A stretch of DNA of 64,000 nt from Opitutus sp. GAS368. Its GTDB lineage: Bacteria > Verrucomicrobiota > Verrucomicrobiia > Opitutales > Opitutaceae. Made by a program: the position numbers and the translations under genes. Under the pieces are notes generated by a model. That model was given only the letters and a program-made list of their open reading frames with translations. It ran no database searches and was not told the origin of the DNA. This document shows positions 57,840 to 64,000 of this stretch, piece by piece. Numbering within the stretch: position 1 is the first letter of the stretch; the number at the start of each line of letters is the position of its first letter. The stretch is from contig CALSBN010000001.1 of the NCBI GenBank assembly GCA_943373185.1, forward strand, positions 1,027-65,026. Direction: 5' to 3'.

Positions 57840-58400
57840 ATGAACGTTTTTCTTCCGCAGATTTTCATTTCGCCCGGCCATAATTTTTTCGGCCGACAGC
57901 GCGCACCTGCTGGCGATCATCCGACGCACGAGGTGGCGACGGTCAACTGCCGCGCGGGTTGGGGCATCGAAGGGGATCGGTTTTACGGTTATCGTCCCGG
58001 CTACAAAGGACAGATCACGTTTTTCGCCGCGGAAGTGTTTGAGGCTCTGAAAGCGGAGTTTCGATTGCCCGGGATTTCGGCCGGAGTTTTGCGCCGGAAT
58101 GTGCTGATCGGCGGGGCGGATCTGGTGGCGCTGATCGGGAGAAAGTTTTCGATTGGCAGCGTGGCGTTTGAAGGCACGGGCGAGGCGCGGCCCTGCCACT
58201 GGATGAATCACGCGGTAGCGCCGGGTGCCGAAGACTGGCTCAAGGGTCGGGGCGGTCTCCGCGCGCGAGTCCTGAGCGATGGCGAGCTGCAGACCGGCGC
58301 GGCGGAATTGTTATTTTTGGACAAAAGCCCTCAGCCAATCGGCGCCGCCGGCGTCATCGGTGAACGCGCCATCGAGCTGCGCCTCGAAAGCGGCGTCTAG
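57840..58400 (+). CDS. MOSC-domain protein
   Basis: ORF 57714..58400 overlaps the tRNA; ATG 57840 gives MNVFLPQIFISPGHNFFG. GWGIEGDRFYG and GTGEARPCHWMN. The last ~90 nt overlap the convergent cca gene. Confidence 0.7.
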   Translation: MNVFLPQIFISPGHNFFGRQRAPAGDHPTHEVATVNCRAGWGIEGDRFYGYRPGYKGQITFFAAEVFEALKAEFRLPGISAGVLRRNVLIGGADLVALIGRKFSIGSVAFEGTGEARPCHWMNHAVAPGAEDWLKGRGGLRARVLSDGELQTGAAELLFLDKSPQPIGAAGVIGERAIELRLESGV

Positions 58401-59708
58401 GATGCGTTTGAATTCGGGCCCGGGCGCGTGCCCGAGCGCGACCAAATGACGGCCGAGCACCAACGGCTGCGGTGCGAGTCGGGCGAGCGCGAGACCTCGG
58501 GCCTGCGCGGCGAGGGCTTCGATGCGCGCGTCGGTTTCCGGCGACCAAAGTGGTGGGCGGCCGGCGTTGTCGGCGCGCATGACGGCGCATAGATCGTCGA
58601 TCGTGGCAGGTTGGAGCCGGCGGGCCAATCGGCGCACGGCCGAGTCGGAGAGCTTGGGGTTCTGCCGGTCGTGAACGTGGTGGTTCGCCACCAAAGCCCG
58701 CACCGGTGGCGTGAAACGGATCGGGGCACCGATACGTTGGAGAAAACTCTCGGCGACCGGTCCTCCGGCAGCGGCGTGACCGGGACTGAGCCAGCGCATC
58801 ACGCCGTTTTTCTCGGCGCGCGCGGTGGTCGCGGGTTTGCCGAAATCGTGGGCGAGCACCGCCAGCATCAGCACCGGATTGTTGGCGGACGCCGGCCAGT
58901 CGGTGAGCGAGACGAGCCCGTCCAAACACCGTTGCGTATGCGTGAACACATCGCCCTCGGGGTGCCATTCCGGCTCTTGGAGAGTGCCGCGCAGGGCGGC
59001 GACTTCGGGAAAATGTGCGAGCCAGCCAGTCTGTTTGAGCACATCGAGTCCGCGTGACGGGCGAATGGATCGGGTGGCCCATTTTTCCCATTCACCCCAA
59101 ATGCGCTCGACGGGCAACTCGGCGAACGAGGGTGCAATCGACCGCGCGAGTGCCGCCGTTTCGGGGGCCAGATCAAAGTCAAAACGCGCGGCAAACTGGA
59201 ACGCCCGCAAGACGCGCAACGGGTCCTCGGCGAAGGCGGTGCTGGTGTGGCGGAGAATCCGCGCCCGCAAATCGGCGGTGCCGTGGTGCGGGTCGATCAA
59301 TGCACCCGTAAACGGATCGTAGGCGATCGCGTTGATGGTAAAATCGCGGCGCGCGGCGGACTCGGCGTCGGTGAGCGAGGGATCGGGTTCGACCGCGAAG
59401 CCGCGGTGGCCCCGCCCGGTTTTCGATTCACGGCGAGGAAGACTGAAATCGTAGTCGGCGCCGGTGGCGTGACCACGAACCTTGATGACGCCGAAACTGC
59501 GGCCCACGACATCAGTCGCGCCGAAAGGCGCGAGAGCGGTGTGCAACGTTTCGAAATCCACGCCACCGACCTCGACATCGAAGTCATGAGGCGCCTTGCC
59601 CAGAAGCCAATCCCGCACGCCGCCGCCGACCAGCCGCGGCCGGCCGATCCGCCGGGCGGCGTCGAGCAGGGCGCGAAGTTCGTCGGGGATGAAAAGAACG
59701 CCGGTCAT
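58311..59708 (-). CDS. cca: CCA-adding enzyme / tRNA nucleotidyltransferase with HD domain
   Basis: ORF 58311..60092; ATG at comp. 59706-59708 (MTGVLFIPDELRALLD). GGGVRDWLLGKAPHDFDVEV, RRDFTINAIAY, and the HD region LAVLAHDFGKP. Confidence 0.85.
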   Translation of the reverse strand: MTGVLFIPDELRALLDAARRIGRPRLVGGGVRDWLLGKAPHDFDVEVGGVDFETLHTALAPFGATDVVGRSFGVIKVRGHATGADYDFSLPRRESKTGRGHRGFAVEPDPSLTDAESAARRDFTINAIAYDPFTGALIDPHHGTADLRARILRHTSTAFAEDPLRVLRAFQFAARFDFDLAPETAALARSIAPSFAELPVERIWGEWEKWATRSIRPSRGLDVLKQTGWLAHFPEVAALRGTLQEPEWHPEGDVFTHTQRCLDGLVSLTDWPASANNPVLMLAVLAHDFGKPATTARAEKNGVMRWLSPGHAAAGGPVAESFLQRIGAPIRFTPPVRALVANHHVHDRQNPKLSDSAVRRLARRLQPATIDDLCAVMRADNAGRPPLWSPETDARIEALAAQARGLALARLAPQPLVLGRHLVALGHAPGPEFKRILDAAFEAQLDGAFTDDAGGADWLRAFVQK

Positions 59709-60112
59709 TTTGGCGGCGGGGCCTCCGTTTTGAAACCCGCCGCCACCACGCACGCCCATCCGATCATGAATGAAAGTCCGCCCAAAGGTGCCGCCGATGC
59801 GCCCAGCCAACCGGGGGCCGCTTTCAGTGCGAGAAGGTAGAGCGATCCGGAGAACAGGACGATGCCCAGAATCCACCAGCGGGCCGCCCAGCCCAAGCTC
59901 GCGGCGGCGGTGCCGCTGCCGAGGCGGAGCCACGCTGCCGCGGCAAAGATCGCGCTCGTGTGAATCAAATGATACTGCACCCCCGTTTCCCAGCGATCGC
60001 GGGTGCCGAGTTCGGCGAGCCTTGCTTGTAAGGCGTGGGCGCCAAACGCTCCCAAGGCGACCCCGGTGAGACCCAGAATACCGGCGGCCCAAAGCGCATG
60101 TGAAGACTTCAT
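59705..60112 (-). CDS. DUF423-family small membrane protein
   Basis: ORF 59705..60142; ATG at comp. 60110-60112 (MKSSHALWAAGILGLTGVALGAFGAHAL). Four TM helices. Its stop overlaps the cca start (ATGA on the minus strand). Confidence 0.75.
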   Translation of the reverse strand: MKSSHALWAAGILGLTGVALGAFGAHALQARLAELGTRDRWETGVQYHLIHTSAIFAAAAWLRLGSGTAAASLGWAARWWILGIVLFSGSLYLLALKAAPGWLGASAAPLGGLSFMIGWACVVAAGFKTEAPPPK

Positions 60113-60208
60113 GGCTGCGAAGTTTGCATAAACGGGCCTCAAAACAAGTTTCGGCTTTTCATGCGGCCACGCGGTTTCATGGTCCCGCTTTTCAGATGAA
60201 ATGAGGCA

Positions 60209-60236
60209 TTGACACCGCCTTCCTCAGACCTAGTTA
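60209..60236 (+). promoter_or_regulatory. sigma70-like promoter candidate for rplM-rpsI
   Basis: TTGACA (60209-60214), a 16-nt spacer, then TAGTTA (60231-60236), ending 15 nt upstream of the rplM ATG. Confidence 0.3.
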
Positions 60237-60251
60237 TCAACCTCTTTTCCC

Positions 60252-60680
60252 ATGAAAACGTTCCTCGCCAAGAAGGAGACAGTGCAGCCCAAGTGGCACC
60301 TTATCGATGCCGAAGGCGTGCCTCTCGGCCGTCTCGCCGTCAAAGCCGCCAATATCATCCGTGGCCGCCACAAAGCGTCTTACACCCCCAGCGTCGACAA
60401 CGGCGATTTCGTGGTCGTGATCAATGCCGAGAAGATCGTGCTCACGGGTAAAAAAGAGACGCAAAACGAATACATGTTTTTCTCCGGTTTCGTCGGTGGC
60501 GAGAGTTACCGCAGCCTCAAGCTCATGCGTGAGCGTCACCCCGAGTTCATTATCGAGCACGCCGTCAAAGGCATGTTGCCGAGGAACCGGATCGCGGCCA
60601 AGATGTTGACCAAGCTCCGCGTGTTCGCCGGGCCGAAGCACTCGCACGAGGTTAACAATCCCGCCAAAATTTCCGTTTGA
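60252..60680 (+). CDS. rplM: 50S ribosomal protein L13
   Basis: [46 protein letters not shown]...[13 protein letters not shown]. Confidence 0.95.
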   Translation: MKTFLAKKETVQPKWHLIDAEGVPLGRLAVKAANIIRGRHKASYTPSVDNGDFVVVINAEKIVLTGKKETQNEYMFFSGFVGGESYRSLKLMRERHPEFIIEHAVKGMLPRNRIAAKMLTKLRVFAGPKHSHEVNNPAKISV

Positions 60681-60688
60681 TTCCGCCC

Positions 60689-61087
60689 ATGAGCACTCCC
60701 GCGAACGTTTTCACCGCCACCGGCCGCCGCAAGACCTCCACCGCCCGCATCCGTCTCACGGAAGGCACGGGCAAGCTGACCGTTAACGGTCGCAGCTTCG
60801 AGACCTATTTCGTGCCCGAGAGCTTTGCCAAACAAGCCGCCCTGCCTCTCACAACGGTTTCCTTGGCGGACAAATACGATGTTTCCGTGAACGCCTCGGG
60901 TGGCGGTCTGGCCGGCCAAGCTGGCGCCGTGTCTCTCGGGATCGCCCGGGCCCTGCAAAAATTGAACGCCGAGCTTCGCCCCGCGCTCAAGAAGGCCGGG
61001 CATATGAAGCGCGATCCACGCGCCAAGGAACGTAAGAAAGCCGGTCAACCCGGCGCTCGTAAGCGTTTCCAATTCTCGAAACGTTAA
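60689..61087 (+). CDS. rpsI: 30S ribosomal protein S9
   Basis: ORF 60677..61087; ATG 60689. [14 protein letters not shown]...[19 protein letters not shown]...[25 protein letters not shown]. Confidence 0.95.
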   Translation: MSTPANVFTATGRRKTSTARIRLTEGTGKLTVNGRSFETYFVPESFAKQAALPLTTVSLADKYDVSVNASGGGLAGQAGAVSLGIARALQKLNAELRPALKKAGHMKRDPRAKERKKAGQPGARKRFQFSKR

Positions 61088-61268
61088 TCTCTGGCTCCGC
61101 CGGTGGCGGAGCAGGCGACCAAGACCGGCGACCCCTTTGGGTTTCGCCGGTTTTTTTGTCATAATATTTCCGGGTTTTCGGGTCGAGGGGAACATGGCAG
61201 GACTCCTGCTGTTCTATCCCGTCGCCCGGTCATTCGGGCTGTTAGCACACCAAACCATAAAACAGAAA

Positions 61269-62060
61269 ATGAACAAAACCTCCCTTGCACTCCTCAGTGC
61301 TCTCACCGTCGGCGCGCTCTCTGTGACCGCGCAGACTGCTCCGGCCCCGGCTCCCGCGGCCCCCGCCGTCGCGATCACCGTGACGCCTGCGATCGTCTCG
61401 CAATACATGTTCCGCGGCCAACGACTCGGCGGTGCATCGTTCCAACCTGCGGTTGAGGCGAGCTACGGCAGCTTCGTCGGCGGCCTTTGGAGCAACTTCC
61501 CGGTCAAGGACAAGGTCCCCGGAACCTCCGATCCGGAGTTCGATTTCTACGGTTCCTATACTGCTGCGATTTCCGATACCCTGAGCGTGGTTCCTGGCTT
61601 CACGGCCTACTACTATCCCGATGCGGACACGAAAGCGGGTTTCTACAAATTTACCTTCGAGCCAAGCCTCGCGGTGAATTACACAACCTCCGGCATCAAG
61701 TTCACGCCGAAGATCTTTTATGATTTCGTCCTCGATGGTCCTACCTTTGAGCTGGGTGCGGGCTATGCTCTTCCCCTTAAGGATCTCGGCACCGAGCTGG
61801 GCTTCTCGGCGTCGATCGGCACTTATCTCCTGAATGACTTCGCGAAGGACTCTTCGCCACGCACAAAGGCTTGGGGTGATTACTGGTCCGTCGGTGTGGC
61901 GGCTCCGTTTCAGCTCACCAAGGAGTCGAAGCTCACCGTGGGTTTCGCCTACACCAAAGGTGACGGCGCTTACACCAAGGTCGGCAGCTCGCCGAAGTCT
62001 GAGAACTCATTGGCCGTCGGCCGCGGTGTGGTCACGGTCAGCTACTCTTTTGCGTTCTAA
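61269..62060 (+). CDS. outer-membrane beta-barrel protein (TorF/Gcw_chp-like porin family)
   Basis: ORF 61137..62060; ATG 61269 (MNKTSLALLSALTVGALSVTAQ signal). VSQYMFRGQRLGGASFQPAVEASYGSFVGGLWSNF. Alternating beta-strand pattern and a C-terminal ...VTVSYSFAF. Confidence 0.6.
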   Translation: MNKTSLALLSALTVGALSVTAQTAPAPAPAAPAVAITVTPAIVSQYMFRGQRLGGASFQPAVEASYGSFVGGLWSNFPVKDKVPGTSDPEFDFYGSYTAAISDTLSVVPGFTAYYYPDADTKAGFYKFTFEPSLAVNYTTSGIKFTPKIFYDFVLDGPTFELGAGYALPLKDLGTELGFSASIGTYLLNDFAKDSSPRTKAWGDYWSVGVAAPFQLTKESKLTVGFAYTKGDGAYTKVGSSPKSENSLAVGRGVVTVSYSFAF

Positions 62061-62091
62061 GCGAACGGGCGCAGTCCGTCGTTTGATTCAG

Positions 62092-62119
62092 GCCCGCGCA
62101 ACAAAGCGCGGGCTTTTTT
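62092..62119 (+). terminator. rho-independent terminator
   Basis: GCCCGCGC-AACAAA-GCGCGGGC followed by TTTTTT, 32 nt after the OMP stop. Confidence 0.75.
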
Positions 62120-62386
62120 GTGCCCGGATGCATTCGCGAAGAGTTGCCTGCGGCGGCTCCGGTGGCGGAGCCGAGCGCTCCCCCACGGTGCACGCGCCGT
62201 GGCCGGGGAAGCTTCCTTTGTCGGCTAAGGACTCATACCGCCGCCTTTTGAGTTTTGGAGGTTATGCTGGCGGCGACGAACGTCCAATTGTCATGTGACG
62301 TTGGGATCACGCTCGACTACGCCTGAGGGTCTAAAACTCAAAAGTCGCCGGTATCACTTGAAGCCCCGATTCGGCTGGCTTGAAGG

Positions 62387-63379
62387 TCAAAATAGCACTT
62401 GGGCCGCGACGCCAACGGCGGTGATCGGACCCGTATCGCCCAAGCCGTCGATCGCGCGGTCGGCTTTCTTGAGCGTGCTCTGCATTCCGCGATAGAGGCT
62501 GTCGTCGCTGAGCAGTTTGCCGAGGGTGCCTTCGCCTTTCGCGATTTTTTGCGATAGTTCGCGGAGATTGGAGGCGACCACTTTGATGTCATTGCCGGTG
62601 GTTTCGTCAAATATGAGAGCGCCGAGGGTGCCTTTGCCGGTCTTCACTTGGTCGACGATGGCTTGGGCATTTGCGACGAAGGTTTTTGCCTCGGCGGCAG
62701 CGCCCTTGATCTCGACGACGGTGGCGACAAGCTGGTCGTGGATGGTCGGGTCGTTGATCAGCCGGCCGAGAGTGCCTTCGCCCTTGTTTAGTTTCTCGGT
62801 GACGGCCGAAAGATTGGTCATCGTGGAATCGAACTTCGCGGAGTTATCCGTTACGAGCCGGTCAAGCTTCTGGAAAAAGCCGGGGTTCTTGCCGTCGCCG
62901 CTGATGCTGCTAGTGATCGAGCTGAGGGCTCCGTCGAGCTTTTGACCAAGGTTGCCGAGGTCGGCCATGATGGCGTTGAGGTCGGGGGTAACCTTGGTGC
63001 GGAGCTCGGCGCCGTCGGAGAGGATGGGTGCGCCGGGTGTCCCGAGGTCGAGTCCGATGTAGTTGGTGCCGATCAGGCCGGCCATGACGATGCTGGCGGT
63101 GGCGTCCGAGGCGATTTGAACGCTGGGGTCGATGCGGAGGATGGCTTCGGCGCGGCGGCCGGCGAGACGCGTCCTCTCAACGGCACCGATCTTCACTCCG
63201 GCCATTCGGACTTCGTCGCCCTGTTTGAGCTCCCTTAGGTTCTCGAAGCCGGCGATGAGGTTATATCCGTTTTTCTTGAAGAGTTTACCGTCGCTGAGCG
63301 TCTCCCAAGTGACCCAAGTGAGGGCGAGACCGAGGAGGAAGAAGAGGCCGACGCGGGCGGATTGTTGGGCGGTATTCAT
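62387..63379 (-). CDS. mlaD: MlaD/MCE-domain protein
   Basis: N-terminal TM RVGLFFLLGLALTWV. MCE core YNLIAGFENLRELKQGDEVRMAGVKIGAV. Extended helical C-terminus with repeated GEGTLGxL motifs. Confidence 0.85.
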   Translation of the reverse strand: MNTAQQSARVGLFFLLGLALTWVTWETLSDGKLFKKNGYNLIAGFENLRELKQGDEVRMAGVKIGAVERTRLAGRRAEAILRIDPSVQIASDATASIVMAGLIGTNYIGLDLGTPGAPILSDGAELRTKVTPDLNAIMADLGNLGQKLDGALSSITSSISGDGKNPGFFQKLDRLVTDNSAKFDSTMTNLSAVTEKLNKGEGTLGRLINDPTIHDQLVATVVEIKGAAAEAKTFVANAQAIVDQVKTGKGTLGALIFDETTGNDIKVVASNLRELSQKIAKGEGTLGKLLSDDSLYRGMQSTLKKADRAIDGLGDTGPITAVGVAAQVLF

Positions 63380-63436
63380 AGTAGTATCGTGATTCGGAAG
63401 TGAAGATCGAAGGGCGGGTGCGGGATGATGGGCGGC

Positions 63437-64000
63437 TCAGGCTTCCAGGCTCTTGAAGCGCGGGTTCTTGAGATCGATTTTGGGATGGAAAAAATTGGCG
63501 ATGCGCGGGTCTTTGGGCGCGTGCAATTCGGCGGGGCGACCGAGGAAGACGAGGTCGCCGTCCATCAGAATGCCGACGCGGTCGGCGATCCCGAGGGCGA
63601 GTTCCCGGTCGTGGGAGACGACGAGACTGGTGACATGGTATTCGTCCTTTAGCGTCGCGATGATTTCGCTGATGGTCGCGCTCATGATGGGGTCGAGCTC
63701 GCTGGTGGGTTCGTCGTAGAGCATGAGCTGGGGCTCCATGACGAGTGCGCGGGCGATGGCGACACGTTTCTTCATGCCGCCGGAGAGTTCCGAGGGAAAC
63801 TTATGGGCGGTGTTCTCAAGCGAAAGAATCTGCAGGGCGCGCATGACTTTCTCGCGGATGCCGGCTTCGGTGCCGAGGCGGTGCTCGCGCGGGTAGAGCG
63901 CGAGATTGTCGTAGACACTGAGCGAGTTGAAGAGCGCCCCGGCTTGAAAAACCATGGCGATGCGGACGTTTTCCAACGTGCCTTCGGCCGTGGCGTCGCG
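63437..64000 (-). CDS. mlaF: ABC transporter ATP-binding protein, MlaF-like (C-terminal part; gene starts beyond right edge)
   Basis: Signature LSGGMKKRVAIARAL, Walker B LMLYDEPTSELD, H-loop VVSHD. The reading frame stays open to the window end. Confidence 0.85.
   Translation of the reverse strand, partial: RDATAEGTLENVRIAMVFQAGALFNSLSVYDNLALYPREHRLGTEAGIREKVMRALQILSLENTAHKFPSELSGGMKKRVAIARALVMEPQLMLYDEPTSELDPIMSATISEIIATLKDEYHVTSLVVSHDRELALGIADRVGILMDGDLVFLGRPAELHAPKDPRIANFFHPKIDLKNPRFKSLEA

Noticed and set aside
57615-58211. 198-aa minus ORF, and the 57714 start of the plus ORF, overlapping the tRNA and intron
   Set aside because: They overlap a structured RNA gene. The MOSC protein has a sensible ATG at 57840, downstream of the tRNA.

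Overview
High-GC bacterial chromosomal window, densely coding, with no rRNA, CRISPR array, transposase or integrase that I can see. The gene repertoire (PEP-CTERM protein, TAT-signal Gfo/Idh/MocA oxidoreductase, YHYH proteins, a giant beta-helix surface protein) suggests a Verrucomicrobia/Opitutaceae-like genome; this is inference only.

Layout:
- 0-10.3 kb: an envelope module. A sensor kinase and an OmpR-type regulator are interleaved with two YHYH-domain paralogues, an MbnP-like::di-haem-peroxidase (MbnH-like) fusion and a secreted SMP-30-like protein.
- 10.3-21.9 kb: mixed housekeeping and accessory genes. These are a bicupin, a Fic protein with a degenerate motif, oxidoreductase, FAH hydrolase, MCP, a ParE-type TA pair, gcvP, nth and tRNA-Val.
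- 22.4-27.3 kb: a PEP-CTERM NHL-repeat protein, a ~1000-aa repetitive surface protein and a GbsR-like regulator.
- 27.7-50.9 kb: a large, translationally coupled Wzx/Wzy-type polysaccharide locus. It holds 7 glycosyltransferases, 5 methyltransferases, AsnB, EpsI, a flippase, two polymerase/ligase-like membrane proteins, a glycoside-hydrolase-like protein and the priming transferase. Its central segment is visibly more AT-rich.
- 51.1-57.2 kb: an Opp/Yej-type peptide ABC importer.
- 57.4-64 kb: a tRNA(CAT) gene split by a 226-nt group I intron, then MOSC, cca, DUF423, rplM-rpsI, a porin-like OMP and mlaD/mlaF.

Most notable observations:
- The group I intron in the tRNA.
- The two-component/YHYH/MbnP-MbnH-fusion module, with a 39-nt element shared by its two divergent promoter regions.
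- The methyltransferase-rich EPS locus carrying EpsI/AsnB but no exosortase.

All start codons were chosen by eye (signal peptides, RBS, overlaps). Homology calls come from motif recognition, not searches. Many long ORFs in the track are antisense artefacts of high GC.
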